Shown here one piece after another: positions 19,211-28,922 of a stretch of 64,000 nucleotides of DNA. The stretch comes from an uncultured Verrucomicrobiae bacterium (GTDB lineage Bacteria > Verrucomicrobiota > Verrucomicrobiia > Chthoniobacterales > JAFAMB01). Positions within the stretch are counted from its first letter, which is position 1. Each line of letters begins with the position of its first letter. The translations under genes were made by a program, and so were the position numbers. Under the pieces are notes generated by a model, which saw nothing but the letters and a program-made list of their open reading frames with translations, had not been told where the DNA came from and made no database searches. The stretch lies in NCBI GenBank assembly GCA_963813025.1, contig CAWEXO010000013.1:480001-544000 (forward strand), read 5' to 3'.

Positions 19211-21322
19211 TCACGAAGGCGGCGCGGGCAGAGCGGCAAGTGGTTTACCCTCAAGCTGACGGGTGTAATAGTTGTAGTAGCCGGTTAGCCGTCGGGGCAC
19301 GCAATTCACGACGACAGCTGGTACCTGAATTTGCCGGGCTCTCAGATCCTCCAACGCAAGCTGTGAATGTTGCGGACCGCTATAGCCCAAGCGGACCACA
19401 AACATGGTCCAGCTAGTGTTCGCGGCTAACGTGACCGCATCATCCGTGGCGAGTACCGGTGGGGTGTCTACCAGGATAAAGTCAAAGTGCTGTCCGAGTT
19501 CTCCCAGTAGTGCACTGAATCCGAACGCCAGAAGTTGCTCCGCAAGGTTCGGAATATGCGGGCCGGACGGTATCAGGAACAAGTTGGGCACTCGCGTGGG
19601 GTACACCACCTCCTCAAGGGGGCTTCTGCCGGTGATTAAGCCCGAAAATCCGGGACCGGGTGCGCTTCTCAGAAACTGGTGAAGTCTGCCACGATGAATG
19701 TCTCCGTCGATCAAGAGGGTACGCGCGTTGGTGCCGGCCAACGCAATTGACAAATTTACTGCGATGACCGACTTACCTTCGCCGGATACGGCGCTCGTGA
19801 TCGAGAAGCAGCCCTTATCCCGAACCTCACCGGGCAAATGCAACAGGCCGGAACGGAGATTTCGAAACGATTGGGCAAACTCCAAGTGATTGAGATCACA
19901 GTCGAGCACGGTGGGACGACGCGTTGCCCTTCGATCAGCCATGATCCGCCCGAGAATCGGGACGGGAAGAGCTTTTTTCACTGCAGCAATGGTCTGAAAT
20001 CTCTGGATTGAACGTGACAAGACAAACACACCGAGAACCCCCGAAACCAGACCGGCTAACCCGCTCCAGAGAATGACCGGACCGAAGCGGCGCGGCTGCA
20101 CTTGTGGCGAGCTGGCGTTTTCCAAGATGTCAATAATATCCTGGTCGGAATTAGTCTGCGGATCGATCGCTTGCAAGCTCGCGGCCAGCTTGTCCGAAGC
20201 TGCCTGGACCGAGTTCGCCCTCCTTTTCAGCGTCTGATATTGAGAGAGCTTGCTACTGAGATCACCGAGCTCCGATTGTTTTTCGGCGATCTCGGCGTTG
20301 AGCCCGGCCGCCTCGCGATCGATCGACGCCAAGCGATCCTTTTGGTCACGTTCCGCCTGAGTAATGCGGTCTTTTCCTTGCTCTAGAGCTTTGCTGGAAA
20401 GAACTCGGTCTTGAGCCCTAGTCGAAAGAGCGGCAATCGTCCGTTCCATCTCAGCGATGCGAGCAGTGATCGCCCTTACCTTCGGATGCGCCCGACGCAA
20501 GTTGACGAGAAGGCGTTCGCGTTCCGCTTCGAGATCGCCCAACGTCAATTTAGCAGCAGCAACTCGTGGATCGGATTCTGTGGTGGCATTCTCCGGGGAG
20601 TCAGTTGTCGTTGTGTCTACTGGGTCTATGGGAATGGAGGCGCCCGCCGCCGCCGCCGCCAAGTTCGTGCCGGCATTGACTTGGGACCGTTGCAAACGAA
20701 GATCGGTCTGACGTTTGCGAATGCTGGCCAAGTATGCCGTATCGGCGTTCAGCTGATCCTGCAGCGCGGCTATATTATGGGCCTGCTGGAATTCGTTCAA
20801 TGCGGCGACCGCCCGCTCGCGATCGGCCTCGGCGAGGGCGGCATTTTCTTTGAGATTAGCCGCTGCTTCATCGAGGCGTTGTCTGCGAAATTCACGGCGG
20901 AACGCCAGAAACTCGGCCATAGTGCGCTGAACCCATTCCCGAGTGTACTGCGGGTTTGGCCCGGTCGCGCGAACGAGCAGAATCGACGTTTGCGGAAGGT
21001 TAATGGCGGTCAGCTTTACGGGTGAACTGTTTGACGCGGCCGACAACAGAGCTTTCGCGACGCGATCGCGCACGTGGTCTCCGGCCAGGATTGCTGCCTG
21101 TGTGCCGAGAAAAGCCGGATTACTCTGCGCTTCCGCAATTGACGGGTTTCCCGGTGTACTCGGTCGCGGCTCCACCAGCATCCGAGCCTCGGAAATGTAC
21201 AGCAGAGGATGGCGCAAAATAGACCAAAATCCCAGGGCTATAGCGGCGGCTACGGTGACCAGCAACACCCACCAGAACCGCCGAAGCTCGAGCAAAAAAG
21301 CCTGGGAATCGAGAAAATTCAT
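19211..21322 (-). CDS. Polysaccharide co-polymerase / BY-kinase (Wzc/GumC-CapB type)
   Basis: N-terminal TM, coiled coil, second TM, SFRNLR, Walker A AVSGEGKS, LLIDGD, VDTPP, Tyr cluster GYYNYY. Confidence 0.92.
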   Translation of the reverse strand: MNFLDSQAFLLELRRFWWVLLVTVAAAIALGFWSILRHPLLYISEARMLVEPRPSTPGNPSIAEAQSNPAFLGTQAAILAGDHVRDRVAKALLSAASNSSPVKLTAINLPQTSILLVRATGPNPQYTREWVQRTMAEFLAFRREFRRQRLDEAAANLKENAALAEADRERAVAALNEFQQAHNIAALQDQLNADTAYLASIRKRQTDLRLQRSQVNAGTNLAAAAAGASIPIDPVDTTTTDSPENATTESDPRVAAAKLTLGDLEAERERLLVNLRRAHPKVRAITARIAEMERTIAALSTRAQDRVLSSKALEQGKDRITQAERDQKDRLASIDREAAGLNAEIAEKQSELGDLSSKLSQYQTLKRRANSVQAASDKLAASLQAIDPQTNSDQDIIDILENASSPQVQPRRFGPVILWSGLAGLVSGVLGVFVLSRSIQRFQTIAAVKKALPVPILGRIMADRRATRRPTVLDCDLNHLEFAQSFRNLRSGLLHLPGEVRDKGCFSITSAVSGEGKSVIAVNLSIALAGTNARTLLIDGDIHRGRLHQFLRSAPGPGFSGLITGRSPLEEVVYPTRVPNLFLIPSGPHIPNLAEQLLAFGFSALLGELGQHFDFILVDTPPVLATDDAVTLAANTSWTMFVVRLGYSGPQHSQLALEDLRARQIQVPAVVVNCVPRRLTGYYNYYTRQLEGKPLAALPAPPS

Positions 21323-21331
21323 CGCCGTCCA

Positions 21332-22018
21332 CTACCAATTCACCAGTCGCTGCGGTACCTCGATGATATCCCCGGATTGCACTACCGGGTCCAGATCTCT
21401 CCGCCCTTGGTCCATAGCTGCGGTAACATTTACAATTGTGGTATTCAGAATGCTACCCGTTCTCCGAATCAGTTTCACCTTTTTCCGATCAGCGAATTCA
21501 GAAAAACCGCCGGCCCGAAGGATGGCGCGACTGACGGTCAATACTTCGTCGGTCGGCAGATCGAGTGCACCCTGTTTGTTCACTTCACCGGAGAGATAAA
21601 TCCGGCCAGCGGAGCGGATGGTTTCGCCCGCCGCGGTGGCAGCCCTAGTCGACTGTCTTCGACTGAGCGCGATCATCACAGTTGCCTTTTTGTAAAGGCT
21701 GCGTTCCAGGGATCGTTTGATCTCGGCCGCCAACTCGGCCGTTGTTTTGCCCGCAGCTGGCACTTTGCCCAAATACGGCACCTTCACTTGGCCGGCCTCA
21801 TCGACCTTCAGCATCATCGGTGCGCCATCGTCCTCCACGATACGAAACGCGAGAGTATCTCCGATTGCGATTTTTGAGCTTGTCGAACCGGGTTGCTCCG
21901 CTTGGATGGCCGGGGCTGTGCGCTTTGATTTTGTATGCTGCAGCGCTTGCGCTTGGTCACAGTTTCCGAATGCGCCAAGCAGTGAAAGAACCAAAAGACT
22001 AGAATGCGTACGAAACAT
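21332..22018 (-). CDS. Polysaccharide export protein (Poly_export + SLBB, Wza-like)
   Basis: Signal peptide from ATG 22018; IAIGDTL, VPYLGKVPAAGKT, SGEVNKQG, AGGF, GDIIEVP. Confidence 0.88.
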   Translation of the reverse strand: MFRTHSSLLVLSLLGAFGNCDQAQALQHTKSKRTAPAIQAEQPGSTSSKIAIGDTLAFRIVEDDGAPMMLKVDEAGQVKVPYLGKVPAAGKTTAELAAEIKRSLERSLYKKATVMIALSRRQSTRAATAAGETIRSAGRIYLSGEVNKQGALDLPTDEVLTVSRAILRAGGFSEFADRKKVKLIRRTGSILNTTIVNVTAAMDQGRRDLDPVVQSGDIIEVPQRLVNW

Positions 22019-23297
22019 TGAAGTCCACGAGGTTCCGTTGGTAGTACCCCAGATCAGCGTCCCGAAGCACGAACTGGTACCCGAGTGAGGTGGTGATCCT
22101 CCGAGAAAGGTTGTAGCCGAATCCGACGTCAACTCCGTATTGTGTAAAGTTTCCTGGGTTTTGTCCACTGATGACCCTTCCCAGTCCGACGAATCCATCC
22201 GTTGAAAACGTGAGATTGCGTCGGAGCAGATAACGAGTGCCGAGTGCGAATCGATTGTTCTTGGTGACATCGGTCCCCGTAGAAAACTCGAGGTCGCGGT
22301 TGAACGAAGCAACGTATTGCAAATAACGGCTGATCTGATGGGTAACATTGAGCGAAATGTAATAGTCGATCGGTTTGATTCCCTGGCCGTCAGTGTCGTA
22401 AAGACCCGCGGCGAGGTCTAGCGTGATAAGCCTTGTTAATTTTCCGCGGAGAAACGGTCCGACTGCGGCGCTACTGATCTCGCCGCTATTAGCGGTGGCA
22501 AAACCGCTGTTGTTGCTGGATGAGAGCGTTTTCGAATACACAAATTCCAAGCCGGTGTTCATGGTCGGCGTTAGGGCGACAGCCGCGGCGAGCGAGGGTC
22601 GGATCGTGCTCCGCAAGCCGTTAATGTTGTTGGTGTTGCCGTTACCGCCGGTCCCATCGTCCGAGCTGTAGGAGTAGTCAAAACCAGCCGTCAATATTAA
22701 CTTTGCGAGGAACCAATTCACCTGCACTCCCGCATCATTGGTTATCCGATTCAGGCTGTTTTGGTTCGATGCACCCGGGTCCTGGGCAGGATCCTGGATT
22801 ATCGAGAAATAGTCGTGTACCTGGAAAAGGAAGTCGCCCGCGACTAACTTCAGTTCAATCTTCGAATCAGGCTCAATTGCAAGCTGTACCGCGCGATTCG
22901 TAGTGCCTCCGACGATCTCGCTCAGGGTCGCGCCGAGTCGCAGATCAATTTCATTTAAATGGCTGAGGTCCCACTTGACGTCCGCTCCGAGTGATTGGTT
23001 AAAAAGCGCTTCACTCTTCGCCTTGCTGGACGAGAGATCAGCGTTATCATCGACTTGAACGCCTACTCCCAAATAAATTGTTCCTCGGAACGGGCCAACG
23101 GTGACGAAGCTGGGCTGCTTGCCAACCTGAAACTGGGCGATTGGGACTTGGCTCAACGAAGCGCGCAACGATTCCTGCGCAAAACTTCGGCTTTCTTCCG
23201 CGAACAGAGCAAGTAAGACGACAAAAAATATTTTGCTTGGCCACTCGGCCTTCCGCGCTGGGGCTTTTCTCGAAGTCTTTCCAAATGGGTTTCTCAT
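21999..23297 (-). CDS. Outer-membrane beta-barrel protein associated with polysaccharide export
   Basis: Signal peptide, alternating amphipathic strands, C-terminal FNVSYAF; overlaps and is co-oriented with the export gene. Confidence 0.8.
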   Translation of the reverse strand: MRNPFGKTSRKAPARKAEWPSKIFFVVLLALFAEESRSFAQESLRASLSQVPIAQFQVGKQPSFVTVGPFRGTIYLGVGVQVDDNADLSSSKAKSEALFNQSLGADVKWDLSHLNEIDLRLGATLSEIVGGTTNRAVQLAIEPDSKIELKLVAGDFLFQVHDYFSIIQDPAQDPGASNQNSLNRITNDAGVQVNWFLAKLILTAGFDYSYSSDDGTGGNGNTNNINGLRSTIRPSLAAAVALTPTMNTGLEFVYSKTLSSSNNSGFATANSGEISSAAVGPFLRGKLTRLITLDLAAGLYDTDGQGIKPIDYYISLNVTHQISRYLQYVASFNRDLEFSTGTDVTKNNRFALGTRYLLRRNLTFSTDGFVGLGRVISGQNPGNFTQYGVDVGFGYNLSRRITTSLGYQFVLRDADLGYYQRNLVDFNVSYAF

Positions 23298-24030
23298 GAT
23301 ACAGACCGTGCGCAGCCAAGGTTCTCGCCGGACACCGGTGATCGGAGATTCTCAAATGCGTTTAGATTTTCCGAGAAGAAAATTCCAGCGAGGACGCCAG
23401 CGCTTGCGGCGGATACGTCGCCACTGGGAACGACACAGCGCAATCATCAGTTATTGGAATACCGCAAAAGAACCCCCGATCAATTTATCGAGATTCTAAA
23501 AAATCCCGAGACGTGGATGCAAGCTTGATTTTTTCGGTTAGACCGAAACAAGGTCAAGAGCCGAGACGCTCAGTGTCAGTTTCACCAAAGCCGACGCCGT
23601 GCCGTTTTGCCCGTCTGTGATCGTATAGCGGAAGCTTGCAGGTCCGCTATTGTTTGAGCTGGGATAATCCGGATTCGGCACAAACCTTATGGTCTGCGCA
23701 GCCGCATCATAGAGACCGAGACCATTGGTCGGATCGCTTACGCCAATGATGGAGAGAGCATAACCGTCCGGGTCAGTATCGTTCGCGAGGAGTTGTGGAA
23801 CCGCGATTGTCTTATCGTGATTTCACATAAGCTCCCCGGAGTGGCGTTGACGCGAAAATTCGATTACGATCCCGTGAATGCGCGGTTCAGGGACAGACAT
23901 TAGCCACCGAACCACGGGAACCACGTGAAGCCGAAGCTAAAATCGCCGTGAAGTACTGGTGAGTTCGCGAACGGCTCCGATCGATAATGATGCAACAAAC
24001 CCTGCGCGTAAGCCGAACTTTTTGCAGCCC

Positions 24031-24716
24031 ATGTTAAACCGCTATTTATCCAGTTTGGAGCAAGTGCCAAGTCGAGCGTTGCTTTCATTGTCTCGCAGGA
24101 GTGAGGTCAACCGAGTTTTTTTTCTGTCGTCGGCCTGTGCTTTTGGTTCCCTGTTCCTTTTAAGCTGTTTAGGTTGTAGCAGCAGCCGGCCGACACCTTT
24201 CCCCGGTGCGTTGAGCGGCCAGAACGTCGTGGCACTCTCGAACGGTGATGTGGTAAAAGTTCTTTCACAGGCGCTCCGGAGCTAAATCAGTCTCAAAAGG
24301 TTGGCCCTGATGGAAAGATTAGTTTGCCCTTGGTCGGGCAAGTCACTGCAGCTGGGAAGAGTTTGATGCAGTTGCAGCTCGAGTTGAGTAACCTCTATAA
24401 AACTCAGCTCCAGAATAGCGACGTGATTGTCACGCTGGAAACACGCGCGCTCCCTGTCGTGATTTCCGGCGCAGTGCAAAAGCCGGGCAAAGTTATTTTC
24501 GATAGACCGGCCACCGTTCTGGAAGCGATTATGCAGGCTGGCGGTTTCACCCCGGAAGCAGACTTGAAAAAGGTCTTGCTTATTCGGATCGTGCACGGCC
24601 AGCACTACAGCAAGATTTTTGATCTCCGTGCGGTGTTGCAGGGACAACCGACACCGGCTGTCTACGTCAGCAGTGGCGATGTGATCTACGTGCCGGAGAA
24701 ACTGCTCAATTTCTGA
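24031..24716 (+). pseudogene. Second polysaccharide export lipoprotein, frameshifted
   Basis: Lipobox-like LSCLGC, GDVVKV, 1-nt deletion near 24260, FTGAPELNQSQKVGPDGKISLPLVG, AGGF, GDVIYVP. Confidence 0.82.
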
Positions 24717-24850
24717 GGCGTTCCCTACCACTCCAATTGCAGAAGTGCGGACCCGTTCCAGCAGCGTTTGGCCGATTCTATTTTGCTTGTGGTCATTCTT
24801 CGTGGGCGACCGCCAGTGCGCCCGTAGTTTCCTTGCAGCGCCAAGTCCTG

Positions 24851-26019
24851 CTAGTGCACTGTCTCTTAAATGTCTTTAGGAAGTGGCAGGATTTGTGGCG
24901 GCCTCCCATGCCCTGTGGATTTTGTTGAGAACTTCCTGGCCGTTGGCATGCCAGACGTAGCGTTTTGGTTCTAAGTTATGTTGTGCCAGATAACGATTGA
25001 TTGTGTCGACCAGTTCGGCGACCGAGCCGAAGCTGCCTGGCAGGATGGCTTGTTGGCTCAGATCGCGGAAGAAACGTTCGACCATGTTCATCCAGGAAGC
25101 GCTGGTGGGCGTGAAGTGGAGATGAAAGCGCGGATGACGCTCCAGCCAGCGACAAACCTTTTGGTGTTTGTGCGTCGAAGAGTTGTCCACGATTAGATGA
25201 ATGCTTAAGTCCGCAGCGATTTCGGAATCGAGTTTCTTCAAGAATTTGAGCCACTCATTATGCCGATGGCGTGGTGCCACTTGGCTTATGACTTTGCCAC
25301 TGAGGTAATCGAGTGCGGCAAAAAGGGTCACAGTGCCATGCCGATAGTAATCGTGAGTGATCGTCCGGATATGGCCTTGGGCTAAGGGCAAACCGGGTTG
25401 GCTGCGCTGCAACGCCTGACACTGACTTTTTTCATCGCAGCAGAGCACCACCGCATGGTCTGGCGGATTGAGATAGACCCCGATCACGTCCCAGAACTTG
25501 GCTTCGAATTGCTCGTCGCACGACAATTTGAAGATCCGCGTCCGGTGCGGCCTAATGTCATTGGTGGACCACAGACGCTGAACGGTTGCCTTGGATACTC
25601 CCAGATGCCTGGCCATCGAAGGGGTACTCCACCGCCCCAAGGTCGCTGGCGGCCTGACGGCTTCACTCAAGATTCGGCCCTTGAGCGCCGGCTTAATACG
25701 CTCTGGGCGCCCACTGCGGGCCAAGTCCGCCAAACCTCCTATGCCTTCTTGTCGGAAACGACCCCGCCACAACGTGACTGTTTGTTCGGTCGTAGCTAAG
25801 CGCTTGGCCACTTGCACGTTATCCGCTCCAGTAGCGCACTCGAGGATCAACCGCGCTCGGAAGACCATCCGTTTTTCGCCCGTGCCAGCTCTCACCAGAC
25901 GTTCTAATTCCTGCCGTTGCACTTCGGTGAGCTCCAAATTTGCCTTCGGGCGACCTGTCATCCCTCCAGGCTACAGAAAATCTCACATTATTAAAGCGAA
26001 TTACGAGACGCTACACTAG
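24851..26019 (-). mobile_element. IS630-family insertion sequence (different from 2861-3990)
   Basis: IRs CTAGTGCACTGTCTCTTAA / revcomp CTAGTGTAGCGTCTCGTAA; CTAG at both ends. Confidence 0.92.
24876..25961 (-). CDS. IS630-family transposase
   Basis: DEKSQCQAL, THDYYRHGT, IVDNSSTHK, TPTSASWMNMVERFF. Confidence 0.96.
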   Translation of the reverse strand: MTGRPKANLELTEVQRQELERLVRAGTGEKRMVFRARLILECATGADNVQVAKRLATTEQTVTLWRGRFRQEGIGGLADLARSGRPERIKPALKGRILSEAVRPPATLGRWSTPSMARHLGVSKATVQRLWSTNDIRPHRTRIFKLSCDEQFEAKFWDVIGVYLNPPDHAVVLCCDEKSQCQALQRSQPGLPLAQGHIRTITHDYYRHGTVTLFAALDYLSGKVISQVAPRHRHNEWLKFLKKLDSEIAADLSIHLIVDNSSTHKHQKVCRWLERHPRFHLHFTPTSASWMNMVERFFRDLSQQAILPGSFGSVAELVDTINRYLAQHNLEPKRYVWHANGQEVLNKIHRAWEAATNPATS

Positions 26020-26858
26020 CGTTCGCTCGACGATTAACTCTCGTTCCACCATATGCGAGACTAGCCATGACGTGCGAAACAAACCGACTCGCAGGCGTCT
26101 CAGTGGTCAATTCTGTCGGTTAGGCTTCTGAAATGAACCTGGCGTGTCCCGACTGGAACAAGCCGGCAGTCAAAAAGAATCACTGCGGCGCAACAGTGCT
26201 CGCTCCGAGACTGTTGTTCAGTGGACCCGACGCACCAAAACCGCCCCAAAAGAGGCGACGAACGCCACGATTAATGCAGCCAAGCTAATCCACCGCAAGC
26301 CGTCTTCTCCAGGAACTGGCTAGCCGGAGGGCCTGTGTATGCTAGTTACGGGATGCGAGCGGCTTTCCCACGCGCTCAACACTTTCCTGCACGGGCCGCA
26401 CGCACCACAGCGGCATTGCTTCGCGAGGCCTCGTCAACCAGTAATGCTGTGCTATCCCGAGCTGCTCGGAATGCTGCATCAAGCTCTGATTCGCCAGCTG
26501 TTTCGACTGGTCGGTCCAGAGCGTCTGAGTTTTCCCGAGGGCAGACTCAAAATCGCTCAGGAATTTCTGATGTTGGATTGCGTTTGCGGCCGGAGTGGAC
26601 GGGATCAGTTCGAAGAGATCGAACAAGCGGGACTGGAGCCTGGCTCCGGGACCGTGGAGGCCAGTTGCGCAATAAGAGCTATCGGTGTGCTGTGCTGCGA
26701 CGAGTCTACATCCAAAAGCCAATAGTAAACTGCGCCCACCCCACTAGGAATCCCGACCATTCGGGATCGAGTGGTGCAACGCGCGGTACTGTTGGTCTTG
26801 GAACCGATCTTTGAAGCCCATTTGGAAGACTATTCCTACGGATTTAGAGCTGGCAAGA

Positions 26859-27540
26859 TTGGATTTTCCAGGACGATGGTTACAGCGGCGGTGTTCTAGC
26901 CCGACCCGGACTGGAGTGGCTGCGAGATTTGGTGGCCGAGGGATTCATTGAGACTTTGCTTGTCTACGCGCCGGATCGGCTCAGCCGCAAATACGCCATA
27001 CAATTTCAAGGCGTGATTGCCGAGTATAAGAGAGCGCAGATCGCGGAGAGGACTCGTCGAGGCAAAAGACATCTGCTAAAACAGGATGTGTCAACGTGCT
27101 TTCAGGAGCGCCGGATGACTATCGATATTGTCAGGAAAAGCGATGCGGCAGAAGCCTATTACGCGGTGATCGAGGCGGAAGCCGAGGTGGTCCGAGAGGT
27201 TTTCGAGCTCTATACCGAAGAACTTTGGAGCATCGGAGCAATCGGGCGTCACCTCAACCAGCGGGGCGTTTGGACGCAATGCAATAGAGGACCGTGGAAA
27301 AGATGCAGGAATCCAGGGATCAGGGCACGGTCTGTTATTGGGAAAACTGAAAGGGTCACGCGCCAAAAGATCACCAAGCCTTTACGGCAGAAGGGCGGTT
27401 TTTCGACACGATCCAGCACGCGTCGCGAACGCAACGCGCAGGAGTGGATTTCTGTCCGGTTCCTGCGCTGGTCAGCGAAGATATCTTTGCCATGGCCAGG
27501 AACGATTAGTTGAACAAGCGCTTCCCGGCACGAAGAACGG
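26859..27540 (+). pseudogene. Large serine recombinase fragment
   Basis: [60 protein letters not shown]; internal deletion and frameshifts. Confidence 0.85.
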
Positions 27541-27680
27541 ATTCCTCTCTTTGCCCTGCTTGTGAAAAAAGAGCTTTTACGTGCACATGCCGAAGCCGGG
27601 ACACCGTCATCGGGATGGTTTGATCCACTCGTTCCATGCCGGAGCAAAGATAGACAAGAAAATGGCGAATCTTTTTAAGG

Positions 27681-28103
27681 CTATTCATGGCGCCAAAGCT
27701 CAGACGTCAGAAAACAGCAAGCCATCCCTAATGTTGGGTTAGCTTCAAAGCCCAGCTCAGGCCGTGTGCCCGGTCATTAAATGAGCCATGTGCGCCCCGG
27801 TCTCCCGATACTGGTTCCCAAAGATCGTCGGGGCGATTCGGGTCTGCAGGTCCGCCGTATTGTTGGGCCCGATATCTCGTCTTGCCGAGATAAGAATCCA
27901 ACAGACCGGGGTACGAATCGTTGACCAAGAATCGCCTCATGGGTCGAAGTGCCGACCCAGATTTCTCGACGATGGTGGTCTGCCACCCACAAAATCGCTT
28001 CCGCAGCAACTTCGGGCTGGAAAATTGGCGGCACTGGTTGCGCCTTGTGAGGTAGACGACTTTTTATCCAGTCGAACTGGGGGGTATTCAGCGCAGGCAT
28101 GCA
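27681..28103 (-). pseudogene. Degenerate 3' copy of the SDR gene at 34688-35695
   Basis: MPALNTPQFDWIKSRLPHKAQPVPPIFQPEVAAEAIL...; collinear at the nucleotide level with about 34688-35143. Confidence 0.9.
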
Positions 28104-28284
28104 TCCCGATCTTCTGGGCAAATGCCATGAAGTAAGGCATCGGCGCGGATTCATAGTGAGCGCCTCGAACCACGAAGGAGTTCTGGACGAGTATGGCGCC
28201 AAAGATCTGGGAATAAATAGCTTCCGCCATCGGTAGAGACACTGAGAGATGTGACGATCCTCTCAGCGGAGGTACACATAAAAA

Positions 28285-28878
28285 ATGACCCAGTCAGGCG
28301 ACAACCATTGGTATCAAGTGGCCAGAAAGGCCAGGATGCACGTCCTGGAGATCTTCAGAGTGTTTCTCCCTCTCAGCATTTGTGTATGCTGTCTTGGAAC
28401 GGTTGCGGCGAGGGCCTCTGGCGGTGGAGGTGGGGGAGGTGGCTCCGCTCAGAACAGCGCTCTACAACAAGAGGTCGGCAGTTCGGCTTTCAAAGTTTAC
28501 AACCAAGGCGTCGATCTCATGTATGCCAAGAAGTTCGCCGCGGCACAGCTCAAATTCGAACAGGCGATCCGCGAGAATCCGAACTTCGCTGAGGCACACA
28601 ACGACCTCGGATTCACGCTTCGGCAGCAGGGTCCGCAAAACTATCCGAAAGCCCTTGAACAATACAACAAGGCTATTGAACTGAAACCGCGTATGGCCGA
28701 GACCTATGAATATCGGGGGGTGCTCTTTGCAAAAATGGGCAGGAAAGCCGACGCAGAAAAGGACCTCGCTACTCTCAAGAAGCTGAACCCGAAGCTTGCT
28801 CGAGAGCTTGAGGAGTTTCTCCAGACCGGCAAGGAAGAAGATGAGTACGGTCCTACCTCGCCAAAGCAGAGAAGCTAA
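28285..28878 (+). CDS. Secreted tetratricopeptide-repeat protein
   Basis: Hydrophobic leader, Gly8 tract, TPRs (FEQAIRENPNFAEAHNDLG, YNKAIELKP); start may be 28336. Confidence 0.85.
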   Translation: MTQSGDNHWYQVARKARMHVLEIFRVFLPLSICVCCLGTVAARASGGGGGGGGSAQNSALQQEVGSSAFKVYNQGVDLMYAKKFAAAQLKFEQAIRENPNFAEAHNDLGFTLRQQGPQNYPKALEQYNKAIELKPRMAETYEYRGVLFAKMGRKADAEKDLATLKKLNPKLARELEEFLQTGKEEDEYGPTSPKQRS

Positions 28879-28922
28879 ACTGAATTACTATTAAGGAAAG
28901 ATTATTGTGCAGTTCCCCCTCT

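Larger units (their letters stand above)
24745..26140 (-). pseudogene. Small serine resolvase/invertase relic split by an IS630
   Basis: VHFRSLTDRID..TPASRFVSHVMASLA..ERELIVERTL | AGLGAARKL.GRTGGRPRRM, joined across the CTAG site. Confidence 0.8.

Noticed and set aside
22019..22348. Extended N-terminus of the export ORF in the ORF track
   Set aside because: Overlaps the beta-barrel gene; ATG 22018 gives a proper signal peptide
26335..26814. Overlapping 126-159 aa ORFs on both strands
   Set aside because: No family recognised and no basis for choosing a frame; lies within mobile debris
28420..28443. Gly8 tract as a phase-variable repeat
   Set aside because: Encoded by mixed Gly codons, not a simple sequence repeat
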